Source: an uncultured Gammaproteobacteria bacterium (GTDB lineage Bacteria > Patescibacteriota > Microgenomatia > Levybacterales > UBA12049). From it: 64,000 nt of DNA. A model generated the notes under the pieces. It was not told the origin of the DNA. It did not search any database and saw only the letters and a list, made by a program, of their open reading frames with translations. The DNA lies in the NCBI GenBank assembly GCA_964416505.1, contig CAYQEJ010000003.1:54034-118033 (forward strand), in the 5' to 3' direction. Below, one piece after another: positions 49,060-58,210 of this stretch. Both the position numbers and the translations under genes were made by a program. How positions within the stretch are numbered: position 1 is the first letter of the stretch; each line of letters opens with the position of its first letter.

Positions 49060-49451
49060 ATGTCGGAGAGTGACTCCGAGTGCAAGAAATGTAATTTAGA
49101 AATATCTACAAGCTTAGTTTCGTATTATTTTGATCACTCTATTCTTTGAAACGAAACATTCATAAATAGAGCCGAGGTTATAAATACAATAAAGATCTAA
49201 CCGATTTCTTTACAGTTTTCTTGGCTGATTTAATGCCCAAAATGTCTCACCAAGAGAAGACAAAATGAACAGCTCAAAAGCTTAAGCGTATGCTAAAGCT
49301 GGTTGAGCGCTAGGTGAGAATAATCTCGCCATAGCGTTAAATGCATTTCTAGCATTTAATTTTTGATCAAATTTTACGTCTTTTAATCGTGGACGGCTTG
49401 CAATTATTAAAGTACTTATCTTGTCGATGCAATGCATCCCCAAGGATGAAA
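49060..49451 (-). ncRNA. ssrA: tmRNA (ssrA), approximately 390 nt, directly downstream of smpB
   Basis: 5' end GGGGATGCATTGCATCGACAAG... pairs with 3' ...CATCTCC-A to give a 7-bp acceptor stem with a G3:U70 wobble (the alanine identity element). T-arm-like CGGAG-tcactct-CTCCG. The internal tag reading frame ends ...NAFNAMARLFSPSAQPALAYA-TAA (a degron-like ALAYA end). The terminator hairpin follows. Confidence 0.7.
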
Positions 49452-49481
49452 TAATACCAAATTTAGCTTCAGAAGTCAAGT

Positions 49482-49934
49482 TTAGGAGGCTAATTCTTGT
49501 TCAATGTCACGTTCTAAATCTGCTCTTTTTTTGGCTTCTTTTTTATCATATTTTTTCTTACCACGTCCTATTCCAACCTCAAGTTTTATAAGTCCGTGTT
49601 TTTCATAAAAGGAGATTGGAACTAATGCCAGGCTAGCTCCATCAGTTTTGTGTTTAAGGCTAATTATTTCCTTTTTGTGCAAAAGAAGTTTTCGAGTTCT
49701 TGTTTCGCTATATCCTTCGGGTCTGGCATATTCATATGGAAAAATTTTAGCATTCACGAGGTATGCCTCAGAGCCTATTATTCTTACGTATGCGCCTGAT
49801 AGATCTGCATGTTCTAATTTTATAGCCTTAACTTCAGCTCCATTGAGATTTATTCCAGCCTCAAATCTTTCAGAGATCAAATAATCATAGAAGGCACGTT
49901 TGTTGGTTATTTTCATGAGGTAATAATACGTCAA
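49482..49934 (-). CDS. smpB: SsrA-binding protein SmpB
   Basis: 150 aa with ...LLLHKKEIISLKHKTDGASLALVPISFYEKHGLIKLEVGIGRGKKKYDKKE and a basic C-terminal tail. Canonical SmpB. Confidence 0.9.
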   Translation of the reverse strand: MTYYYLMKITNKRAFYDYLISERFEAGINLNGAEVKAIKLEHADLSGAYVRIIGSEAYLVNAKIFPYEYARPEGYSETRTRKLLLHKKEIISLKHKTDGASLALVPISFYEKHGLIKLEVGIGRGKKKYDKKEAKKRADLERDIEQELAS

Positions 49935-49952
49935 AAAAGAGGGAATGTAAAT

Positions 49953-51872
49953 TTAGTTGATGTCTATTTTGAAGATTTTTCCACCTGATAGAATGAGAAT
50001 TCTTTTATCAGTTTCTGAAACATCAATGTCTTTTGCAGATTTTATAATGCTTGCTGAGTATGATTTAACAAATTTTCCTTCTTTATCAACTACAACTACC
50101 CTTGAATTACCATTATCCAGGATATATAGATTATCAAAATCTTCTCCTGTAAATATTCTGGTTGGAGAAGAAAGATCTTTATCTAGTCCTGAAAAGGAAA
50201 AGTCATCTTTTGTTCCACGGGTATATTTATTCACTGAGCCATTATTGAATAAAACATAAATTGATCCGTCAATTGTCATCGATACTGCTTTTTCTAAGTC
50301 TTCGTTTTCTTTGAGATAATCGGATTCAGAATAATCATCTCCGTTTGGAGTAAATTTAGAAATTCCAGATGTTTTATCTAGTAAGTAAAGATTTGAGCCA
50401 AAAACTCCAATTCCGGCTTCTTCTTTCCAGGTTTTATCAATCAGTGATTTCTTGGAATTATTTCCTTTATCTAGCGATGATAGTCCTTTTGAGTCAGTAA
50501 AATAGATAAAATCCTCATTTTGAGTTATGTATTTAACTGCGGAATTCTCTATTTGATATGAAAGAACTTTGCTTTCTGATTTATCTACTTCGGATGCCTG
50601 AGATTCGCTTGCCTGACCTCCCGTAATTTCTTTATTTACTTTCGAAAGGAGATCCTCTATTTGATTATCTTCATCGGAATTGTTTTTAAATGTGTCTTTA
50701 TTCTCTTCAAGAATATTTTTTGCTTCCTTAAAGCTGTCCTGAGCAAGAGAGGCATTTAAATCTTTTAAGTTAAGTCCTTCGTTATATTTTTCTTCTGCTT
50801 GAGTGAAGATTCCGTTAAATTGCGCTTGTGTTTTATTGCCTTGTCTGCTTCTTATAGCAAGAAATGCTGCTATTAAAATTACTGTAATTAAAATTATAGC
50901 GATTGTGGCTATTATTTTTCTTGAATGAGAAAATCCACTTGTTAGCTTTGGAAGTTTTATCCCAAACCCTTTTGATATTCGAGATCTTTGAGAAATTTGA
51001 TCTGTAAGGAAAGGTGAAGGGATTTCATCCATTTTTATATCTTCATTGTCTATCGTGGGCCCATTTTCTATTGGCTTTTCAACCGTTTCAAAATTTACTG
51101 GTGCTTCGTTATGTTGGGCAATATTTACAATATTTTCCGAAGAGTCCTCATTAGTCTTAATTGCTTCATCATTCTTTACGGAGGTGTTCTCTTGCTCTTT
51201 TTCTTCTTCCTTTTCTTCATTTTCAACTTCATTTGCTAGTTCTGTAATAGCGGGTGAAACTTCTTGATGATCTGATTTTTTGTATAAAAGAATCACTGCT
51301 GATGCTCCACCATCAGTTTTTTCATGAATATGCGGTGCGAGATCTTCTGATATTTCTGCTGGGTTATTGCGGTCAAGTGAGGAGGCTAATGTGGAATGCG
51401 GAATTATGTTTACAAAAGATTTTGTTTGGAGAACGATTATGTCTTCTTCTTGAACATAGCCTGATGCAGATTTAATTTCGTTATCATCTTCTGCTTGAAT
51501 TACGGTTCCAATTTTATCTCCTCTTTTTAAGATTGCTTTTCCTCCACTTTTAGCAAATAAATAAAGAATATTTTCATTTAGATAGCAAATTACAAATGAA
51601 GAAGATACATCTCCTTTAATTCTTTGATTAGTTACATTTACGGCTTCTCTAATAGAGTCAAGATCTTTTTTCTCTAAAGTAAAAAATTCGCTTTCTAGGG
51701 TAGAGATAAGATCTTTTCCCAGTGCATTGAGATGTTCTTCGCCTTCTTGGGGAGTGTTGGAGGACTTTAAAGAAATAGCAGCAAATAATCTGCCTGCGCT
51801 ATATGCTTGAGACCAAGCTGTGGGCGTTGGGTTTGCAACTACTTTACTAAAAGTTAGGTTTGTTTCTGCCAT
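49953..51872 (-). CDS. Bitopic membrane protein: cytoplasmic N-domain (about 200 aa), acidic linker, one TM, extracytoplasmic beta-propeller-like C-domain
   Basis: TM IIATIAIILITVILIAAFLAI around residue 320. The C-terminal repeats (LYLLDKTSG, LYILDNGNSRVVVVDKEG) suggest NHL/YVTN-type blades. The function of the N-domain is not recognisable. Confidence 0.45.
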   Translation of the reverse strand: MAETNLTFSKVVANPTPTAWSQAYSAGRLFAAISLKSSNTPQEGEEHLNALGKDLISTLESEFFTLEKKDLDSIREAVNVTNQRIKGDVSSSFVICYLNENILYLFAKSGGKAILKRGDKIGTVIQAEDDNEIKSASGYVQEEDIIVLQTKSFVNIIPHSTLASSLDRNNPAEISEDLAPHIHEKTDGGASAVILLYKKSDHQEVSPAITELANEVENEEKEEEKEQENTSVKNDEAIKTNEDSSENIVNIAQHNEAPVNFETVEKPIENGPTIDNEDIKMDEIPSPFLTDQISQRSRISKGFGIKLPKLTSGFSHSRKIIATIAIILITVILIAAFLAIRSRQGNKTQAQFNGIFTQAEEKYNEGLNLKDLNASLAQDSFKEAKNILEENKDTFKNNSDEDNQIEDLLSKVNKEITGGQASESQASEVDKSESKVLSYQIENSAVKYITQNEDFIYFTDSKGLSSLDKGNNSKKSLIDKTWKEEAGIGVFGSNLYLLDKTSGISKFTPNGDDYSESDYLKENEDLEKAVSMTIDGSIYVLFNNGSVNKYTRGTKDDFSFSGLDKDLSSPTRIFTGEDFDNLYILDNGNSRVVVVDKEGKFVKSYSASIIKSAKDIDVSETDKRILILSGGKIFKIDIN

Positions 51873-51930
51873 TTTATATCATTCCGGCTTAGATTAATTA
51901 TCCAAGTCGAGTATTTGATAATAATCAGTT

Positions 51931-52158
51931 CTATAGAATGATTAGGGCAGCAACAAAAATTATTACACCTATTATAACATTAATTAGCGCAATTGAATTA
52001 AGTAATATTGAGCTGGCGCCATCATCGATTACTTTTTGCATTGCTCGTGCCTGTTTTAAAACAATTAAGAGAAAAATTATAGCAATTACGTTTAGGATTA
52101 AGAATCCTATTTTTAAAATAATTGCTAAGTTAATTGAGCTTATTAATAGTTCAAGCAT
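51931..52158 (-). CDS. Possible small two-TM membrane protein (75 aa)
   Basis: Fits exactly between the flanking genes and is strongly hydrophobic. An opposite-strand ORF of equal length exists, so the call is weak. Confidence 0.3.
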   Translation of the reverse strand: MLELLISSINLAIILKIGFLILNVIAIIFLLIVLKQARAMQKVIDDGASSILLNSIALINVIIGVIIFVAALIIL

Positions 52159-52813
52159 GTTTTGTTTTTCCTATTAAATTATTTATTATATTTATCACTT
52201 TTTCTGGGTGGGGTACTGCTAAGAATTCAAAGTTAGAAGCTGGTCCTGCAGTGTGAAGATTTACATCACCATAATCAAAAATTGATCTGATTATTCCAAT
52301 TTGTGAATATCCAACATCTTCAACTTGAGAAAGTTTTGTTGCTTCAACATTTTCATAAATTAGGCTTGAAAAATCTATATCGATTATTCTTTTATTAGTT
52401 ACTAATGAAACGTTATAGAACCAGCTCAAGTATTTTATAAAAGCATAAGAGGCAACAATTAAAAAATAAAAAGCTCCAGAAAAAGTAAAAAAACTGGTAG
52501 AAATAAAACTTAAATCAACAAGGCCAAATCTATATGCATACATAACTATGAAGGGGATGATAATAAGGCCAATGGTATTAAAAATCCAAGGAATATTCGT
52601 AACAAAATGTCTTCTAAGGTACAAAAGAATTTCTTCTCCTTCGATTTTATCTGCCACTTTAACTGCATTTGGATTATCGCAATAAGCAGAAAATAAATGT
52701 GTATGATTGTGGGTTTTATGTGAGCTGTATGTGGGTTTTGTTTCCACTGAAGGAGCTTTTTCTTCATTTTTTACGCTTGTTTCCGTTGTGTTTCCAACAA
52801 AGATATCAGGCAT
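52151..52813 (-). CDS. Membrane protein with bacterial PH-like (bPH_2/YdbT-type, DUF304) domain
   Basis: Two TM helices (IGLIIIPFIVMYAYRF, FFTFSGAFYFLIVASYAFI) followed by ...VSLVTNKRIIDIDFSSL, typical of membrane-flanked bPH domains. Confidence 0.45.
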   Translation of the reverse strand: MPDIFVGNTTETSVKNEEKAPSVETKPTYSSHKTHNHTHLFSAYCDNPNAVKVADKIEGEEILLYLRRHFVTNIPWIFNTIGLIIIPFIVMYAYRFGLVDLSFISTSFFTFSGAFYFLIVASYAFIKYLSWFYNVSLVTNKRIIDIDFSSLIYENVEATKLSQVEDVGYSQIGIIRSIFDYGDVNLHTAGPASNFEFLAVPHPEKVINIINNLIGKTKHA

Positions 52814-52837
52814 ATTTTAGGCGTAATACATTATATG

Positions 52838-54478
52838 CTACTTTTTTTCAATATTAAAGAATGCAAATCCTGATTGAGGGATTGAGAGGTGTCCCGGAGC
52901 TCTTAAATTAAATGCTTTTTTAAATTCATCTCCTGATAAAGAAATTCCGTTTATCGTTACGTTTGAGGTATTTCCATTTCCTTGGGTAACTGAAACACTC
53001 GTTGCCTGACTTATTCCTCCATTTCCTGCAACTAAATTTCGAAGTTCATCCATGCTGTATGGATTTCCTCCCCAGCAATCTGTAGTAACTGGGGTAATTC
53101 TACTTGTATCAATACCTCCTGTTTTAAGAGCGATTGCTGCATTAACAATGTCTGCCATCTCCGTAGGGGACAACCAAGGATTATTTCTTCCGCATTTCGC
53201 CGAAGATGGGCTGTATCCTTCTGTGTACCAAGCCTTATATAGCCAAGGAGATCCTCCGATCTTGTCGTATGCTTTGTCAATAAAACTTCCCCCACCTCCA
53301 CCATCAGTCGTGTCCCAGCCCATTGTTGAGGTAAAGCCTCCATGAGTAGAGGCGTAATATGTAACAACATCCTCCAAAACTTGTCCGCGAGTGGACTGAA
53401 CTGCTTGTCTCCACGCATCAGGTGGATTTGAGGCCTTGGAATCATTGTAAACTTGACAGGCTTCAGTAGTACAAATTTCTTTTCCTTCAGATTTATATCT
53501 GTATGCGTAAGTTCTTGCAGCAATCGCCTGAGCTTTTAATGCTTCAGGATGCCAAGTTGATGGCATTTCAGCAATTCCCATTAGATATCTATCTTCAAAG
53601 TTCATGCTTCCAAATCCTGCAACTTGAATATCTCCGCCTGTATCTTTTGAGACAGGATCTTTTCCGTAGTATGCTTTAAGGATTTGATTTGCTGATTGTC
53701 CACTTTGAGCTCTACCTCTTGCACCGTATTGGCTCATTCCCTTTCTGTGGGTATATGCTCCAAATGCAAAAGCTGCAAAATAACCAGACGGAGCAGCTTC
53801 TCTGAATCCTGTGATTGAAGCATTATAATCATCGGCCAAATTGCTATCACCTATAGTTGCCGTGAATCCTCCTGATCTTGAATTTATAATTTCCTGTTGT
53901 TTTGCGGTCAGGTTTGCAATTTTTCCACTAAGTTCTGACTGGTAATTTTTTGCTTCTCCTATGGCTTTGTCTAAATTAGATTTTAAAACTGCAAGTCTTC
54001 CTTTTTCATCTTCTAAAGTTGCTTTCTTTTCTTCCAGAGAGTTAATAGAGAGAGCTATGTTTGTAATTATCAATTTGTCTTGATCTGCAGCGGCTTTTTG
54101 ATATGCAAGAACCTGAGTTATTTCGCTTGCATTTCCTGAAGAAAGAAATATAAGAAGAGGGGAATTGTAGTGACTTTTAATGTAATAGTTTCTTATTGCC
54201 ATATTTAATTTATCAGTTTGTTTTTCCAGATTTTCATACCCTTTGTTGATATCATTTTCTTTTCTTACTAAGTCTCCTTCAATGAAAGAAATTCTTGATC
54301 GAATTCCTGAAACTTGTGTTTCAAGTGGGGTAGTTGCTGCCTTGGAATCATTCAAGGCTTTTGTAAGATCTGCAATTTGCTTGTTTAAATCATCTAACTC
54401 ATCTGCCTTTGCATTTTTTACAAATAGAAATGAAAAGACTAAAAGAACAGAGAGAATTAAAAGTCGAAGTTTGGGCAT
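52838..54478 (-). CDS. Secreted SpoIID/LytB-domain protein with an N-terminal coiled coil (amidase enhancer / lytic transglycosylase family)
   Basis: Signal peptide. About 200 aa of coiled coil. Then ...AGFGSMNFEDRYLMGIAEMPSTWHPEALKAQAIAARTYAY...CTTEACQVY matches the SpoIID/LytB domain consensus (EALKAQAVAARTYA...C....CQVY). Confidence 0.65.
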   Translation of the reverse strand: MPKLRLLILSVLLVFSFLFVKNAKADELDDLNKQIADLTKALNDSKAATTPLETQVSGIRSRISFIEGDLVRKENDINKGYENLEKQTDKLNMAIRNYYIKSHYNSPLLIFLSSGNASEITQVLAYQKAAADQDKLIITNIALSINSLEEKKATLEDEKGRLAVLKSNLDKAIGEAKNYQSELSGKIANLTAKQQEIINSRSGGFTATIGDSNLADDYNASITGFREAAPSGYFAAFAFGAYTHRKGMSQYGARGRAQSGQSANQILKAYYGKDPVSKDTGGDIQVAGFGSMNFEDRYLMGIAEMPSTWHPEALKAQAIAARTYAYRYKSEGKEICTTEACQVYNDSKASNPPDAWRQAVQSTRGQVLEDVVTYYASTHGGFTSTMGWDTTDGGGGGSFIDKAYDKIGGSPWLYKAWYTEGYSPSSAKCGRNNPWLSPTEMADIVNAAIALKTGGIDTSRITPVTTDCWGGNPYSMDELRNLVAGNGGISQATSVSVTQGNGNTSNVTINGISLSGDEFKKAFNLRAPGHLSIPQSGFAFFNIEKK

Positions 54479-54544
54479 TAGATTATTATATCAAATCAAA
54501 TATTGATCCATAGATTTTGTTGTGATATATTATGGCAACGACCA

Positions 54545-55120
54545 ATGGAAGAGATCTCGTACTCTGGATCAAGCATGCCCTCTAAAAAAAGAATTTCAAA
54601 AAGAGTTGCCCTATTTGGAATATTCTTTGTAATTATATTGCTTCTTTTAGGAAGTGTTGCGTATTTCGTAACAAGTAGCAAAGGAGAGAGTGAAGAAAAT
54701 ACTACAAATATTACACTTCCAGATGAGCCCGAATCAGAAATAATACAGGAGGAGACTCCTACTCCCGAGGAAACAGAAGCGCCAACACCTTCCATTACTA
54801 AATCTCCAACAAAGTCAGCAACAAAAGATGAGGACACTCCTGCGAGCGAGGGAAGCGTAGCTGTACAAAATGGAAGCGGCGAGTCAGGAGTTGCTGCAGC
54901 TGCTGCAGACATTATTAAAAATGCAGGGTTTTCTATTGCAACAACTGGAAATGCAGATAATTTTGATTACACCGATGTAACAATCAGAGTTAAAAGTTCA
55001 AAGAAAAGTATCTTATCTTCTTTGGAAGATGCTCTTTCAGCAAAATATACTGTTGGAGATACGTCAACAGATCTTCCGGAATCCACAAATTATGATGCGC
55101 TTGTTATAATAGGAAAGTAA
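54545..55120 (+). CDS. Membrane-anchored LytR_C (LytR/CpsA/Psr C-terminal) domain protein
   Basis: TM VALFGIFFVIILLLLGSVAYFV. The C-terminus VAVQNGSGESGVAAAAADIIKNAGFSIATTGNADNFDYTDVTIRV is LytR_C-like. Start moved to ATG 54545. Confidence 0.5.
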   Translation: MEEISYSGSSMPSKKRISKRVALFGIFFVIILLLLGSVAYFVTSSKGESEENTTNITLPDEPESEIIQEETPTPEETEAPTPSITKSPTKSATKDEDTPASEGSVAVQNGSGESGVAAAAADIIKNAGFSIATTGNADNFDYTDVTIRVKSSKKSILSSLEDALSAKYTVGDTSTDLPESTNYDALVIIGK

Positions 55121-55740
55121 TGATAATTCCTACAATCCTCGAGAAGAACTGGGAAGAGATAGAAAAAAAGTTTGAGATTTATAAGAATTTTGCTAAAGTA
55201 GTCCATATAGATTTTTTGGATGGAAAATTTGAAGAGAATACTACTTTTTTAGACCCAAGTCCATTTTTAAAATACTCAAAATATTTTGATTTAGAAGCAC
55301 ACTTAATGGTAGATGAGCCAATTAATTATGTTGAAAAACTTTCAAATGCAGGTTTTAAAACTTTTCTGGGTCATATTGAAAAGATGAATGATCAAATAGA
55401 ATTTGTTTCTAAATCTCAACAATTGGGCGAGGTGGGTCTTGCTCTTGATATTGATACGCAAGTTTCGGAAATTAAAGTTTCTCTTGAGGATCTTGACAGG
55501 ATTCTTCTAATGGGAGTGCATTTAGGAGCATCCGGAAGGCCTTTTGATGAAAGAGTAATTGATAAAGTTAAAGAATTACGAGGAAAAGCATTTACGGATA
55601 TTGAAGTCGATGGAGGAGTAAATAATGAAACATTGCCAGTTCTAAGACAAAGTGGTGCTAGTATGTTTTGCGTGAACAGTTTTTTATTTAAAGGGGATCC
55701 TAAAAAGCAGTTCAGATTACTTGAGTCGATTAGAGGTTAG
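55120..55740 (+). CDS. rpe: Ribulose-phosphate 3-epimerase family protein
   Basis: MIIPTILEKNWEE...VHIDFLDGKF...HLMV...IEVDGGVN parallels Rpe MKIAPSILSADF...HVDVMDGHF...HLMI...IEVDGGIN. Start overlaps the previous stop. Confidence 0.65.
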   Translation: MIIPTILEKNWEEIEKKFEIYKNFAKVVHIDFLDGKFEENTTFLDPSPFLKYSKYFDLEAHLMVDEPINYVEKLSNAGFKTFLGHIEKMNDQIEFVSKSQQLGEVGLALDIDTQVSEIKVSLEDLDRILLMGVHLGASGRPFDERVIDKVKELRGKAFTDIEVDGGVNNETLPVLRQSGASMFCVNSFLFKGDPKKQFRLLESIRG

Positions 55741-58111
55741 CAGGTTTTTGTTCGTTTAGGCTAATAGGTTTGCATCCGCCATTATTCTCAGTTCCTTTAA
55801 TAAAGTATTCATTTCTTCCTCCGCATGATTTAGAAACTATATTAGAAGGTTTTGGATAAATTTCATCTTTGGGATTTTTATTATTTAGTAAATTACTCAT
55901 AATTTTATTCCATATGGGTGCCGCACCAGTTATCCCTGATGCCAGAATTGGATTCATAGGGCTATTGTCATTGTTTCCCACCCATACTGCTGTAAGAATA
56001 TTTGGTGTGTATCCTATTGTCCAGTTATCTCTTTTATTATCAGTCGTTCCAGTCTTAACGGAAACAGTATGTTTGGGAATATTAAGAGGTGAATTAAGGC
56101 CGAACTCCAAGGCTCTTGCTCTGTTATCTGAGAGAATATTTGAAATAATAAAGGCGACTTCTTCAGGCATAGCTCTTTTTTCTTTAATATCTTTCTTTTC
56201 TTCTAACACAGCGCCTTGGTAGTTTGTAATTTTTAATATTGGATTAAGATCCACTTTCTTACCTTCATTCGCCAAGGTTCCGTACACTGTGGCCATATCG
56301 GTCATTTTGGCTTCAGCTGCTCCGAGGGTTACAGCAAGTCCATAATTTGCTGGATCTTCCCATGTGGTTACTCCCATTTTTTTTGCTAAGTTAACCATGG
56401 TTCCGATTCCAACTTTATTTAATGTTTTAACAGCTGGAATATTTATTGAATTTCCTAATGCATTTCTTAAGGTAACGTTTCCATGAAATCTTCCATCGTA
56501 ATTGACCGGAGAGTAGGGAGGAGAGCCTTGGGAGGCAAATGATACGGGTGTGTCCTGGATTGTTGTTGCTGAAGTATAGCCATTCATTAATGCCGCAGAA
56601 TAAGTAATAACTTTTACAGTAGAACCAGGTTGTCTCAAGGCTGTTGTGACATTATAATTTCCACCCTTTGGGTCGAAATAATCTTTTCCGCCAACCATGG
56701 CTAATATATCTCCGTTTTTAGGATTTGTTATAAGAGCACCAGCGTTTGTGAAATTTAGATAACTAGCTTTTTCTACTTCATTTGTAATAATTTGCTGAGC
56801 CATATCTTGAGTTTTTATATCCAGGCTTGTAATAACAGTGAGTCCACCTCTTTCTACAATAGGAAGTCCATATCTTTGGATAAGTAAATCTTTAACATAC
56901 ATTACAAAATGAGGAGCTTTTATATTGTTTTGATTTGGTTTAAATTCTAAATTCTTTTTTTCAGCAGTATTTGCTTGTTCTTTTGAAATAAATCCAAGAT
57001 CAACCATTCTAGCCAAAACTTCTTTCTGCCTCCCTTTCCATAAGTCGGGCGTTTGGCTGTATGGAGAATAAACAGAAGGAGCTTGAGGAAGACCTGCTAA
57101 GAAAGCGCTTTCAGATAGGTCTAAATCTTTAACACTTTTGCCAAAATAGGTTTGAGATGCTGCTTCAGCGCCCCATGCAGTTCCTCCGTATGGAACCTGA
57201 TTGAAGTACATTTCCAAAATCTCATCTTTAGAATATATTCTTTCCGCCCAGGTCGAAAGAATAATTTCCTTTACCTTTCTTTCTATTGTCCTGTCTGGAG
57301 ATAGAAGTCTAGCTTTTACGAGTTGTTGGGTAATCGTAGAGCCTCCTTGTAGAGGTTTTCCGGATATATCCGCAAATGCGGATCTAATAATTGCTAAAAC
57401 ATCGAATCCTGGAGTAGTATAAAAATTTTTATCTTCGATTGCGATTGTGGCATTTTTTAAATTTACAGGAATTTGAGATAAAGACACATTGGTTCTATTC
57501 TGGTTAGCATAAATTTGATAAAGCAAAACCTTATTTCTGTCGTATATTTTAGTTGTTTGGGGAATTTCTTGTTCTGCTAGACCAGCAGGATTTGGAAGAC
57601 TTTTTATAAACATGAAAGAAATGATAGGAAGAAAAACGAATAAAAATGAAAATGCTGTTCCAATAAATACATATTTAAATTTTGTTAAAAAAGGAAGTCG
57701 GGTAGAGAGCTTTGGTCTTCCTCTCTTGGCGTGATGTTTTTTAATATGTGGAAGACTGGGTTTTAAAATTGAAATTTTTGGTAAAGCAATGCCTGAAATT
57801 TTAATTTTTGGAATTTCTGGGACTTTGGAATTAAACAATTTTGGAAATTTTTCCGGAAACTCTACGTTAGGTAAAGCTGGAAAAGAAGCTCTAAAAAATT
57901 TGGGAAAATTGATATCTAAATTAAAATGTTTTTTAGTTACTTTTTTTAATTCTTTTTCAGTTTCAGAATTAAATATTTCCTTTATATTAGAAAATTTTAT
58001 TTCTACTTTTTTAAATAGTTTATAAGGAAAAAGAATGACGAAGAGAGTGATATCGCCAATTAGAATTAAGATTTTCGCAACAAATACAATTAATAAAACT
58101 ATAAATCCCAT
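55730..58111 (-). CDS. Class A penicillin-binding protein (bifunctional GT51 transglycosylase / transpeptidase), with an unusual 150-aa N-terminal repetitive extension
   Basis: GT51 motifs IEDKNFYTTPGFD, GGSTITQQLVK, RKVKE. Transpeptidase SxxK (GSTVK), SxN and SVKTGTT. The N-terminal extension has FPK/LPK periodic repeats before the TM anchor. Confidence 0.85.
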   Translation of the reverse strand: MGFIVLLIVFVAKILILIGDITLFVILFPYKLFKKVEIKFSNIKEIFNSETEKELKKVTKKHFNLDINFPKFFRASFPALPNVEFPEKFPKLFNSKVPEIPKIKISGIALPKISILKPSLPHIKKHHAKRGRPKLSTRLPFLTKFKYVFIGTAFSFLFVFLPIISFMFIKSLPNPAGLAEQEIPQTTKIYDRNKVLLYQIYANQNRTNVSLSQIPVNLKNATIAIEDKNFYTTPGFDVLAIIRSAFADISGKPLQGGSTITQQLVKARLLSPDRTIERKVKEIILSTWAERIYSKDEILEMYFNQVPYGGTAWGAEAASQTYFGKSVKDLDLSESAFLAGLPQAPSVYSPYSQTPDLWKGRQKEVLARMVDLGFISKEQANTAEKKNLEFKPNQNNIKAPHFVMYVKDLLIQRYGLPIVERGGLTVITSLDIKTQDMAQQIITNEVEKASYLNFTNAGALITNPKNGDILAMVGGKDYFDPKGGNYNVTTALRQPGSTVKVITYSAALMNGYTSATTIQDTPVSFASQGSPPYSPVNYDGRFHGNVTLRNALGNSINIPAVKTLNKVGIGTMVNLAKKMGVTTWEDPANYGLAVTLGAAEAKMTDMATVYGTLANEGKKVDLNPILKITNYQGAVLEEKKDIKEKRAMPEEVAFIISNILSDNRARALEFGLNSPLNIPKHTVSVKTGTTDNKRDNWTIGYTPNILTAVWVGNNDNSPMNPILASGITGAAPIWNKIMSNLLNNKNPKDEIYPKPSNIVSKSCGGRNEYFIKGTENNGGCKPISLNEQKPANL

Positions 58112-58210
58112 AAATTTTAATGAGCAGAAATAAATACAAAATTAGCCTCGTTTGATAAGCGAGTCTAGGCTGGATTATACAAAACTTATTTCTTACTTAA
58201 AAGAGGTACT

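Noticed and set aside
49017-49085. First 23 codons of the track ORF 48096-49085 (MHSESLSDISTLKNPPRAGFFIH)
   Set aside because: These codons are the translation of the ssrA terminator hairpin AAAAAAACCCGCCACGTGCGGGTTTTTTT and the tmRNA 3' end. The real start is more plausibly ATG 49016.
49282-49479. 65-aa ORF on the minus strand (MTSEAKFGIISSLGMHCIDKISTLIIASRPRLKDVKFDQKLNARNAFNAMARLFSPSAQPALAYA)
   Set aside because: It lies entirely inside the tmRNA (ssrA). Its N-terminal part is the tRNA-like domain and its C-terminal part is the tag-peptide reading frame, so it is not an independent protein gene.
49953-50500. N-terminal domain of the 639-aa membrane protein as a PP2C phosphatase
   Set aside because: Only a vague resemblance to PP2C. 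The metal-binding Asp motifs could not be identified by eye, so no functional call was made.
51938-52177. Plus-strand 79-aa ORF opposite the 75-aa minus ORF
   Set aside because: The two are mutually exclusive. The plus-strand version would be antisense to the gene flow of the region and has a less membrane-protein-like sequence. Even the minus-strand call is low confidence.
57780-57925. Short-period DNA repeats (ttttggaaa-like units) that could look like a tandem-repeat or CRISPR-like element
   Set aside because: The units are irregular, lack spacer and repeat regularity, and lie in-frame within the N-terminal FPK/LPK-rich extension of the PBP gene. They are low-complexity coding sequence, not a CRISPR array, and no cas genes are present.
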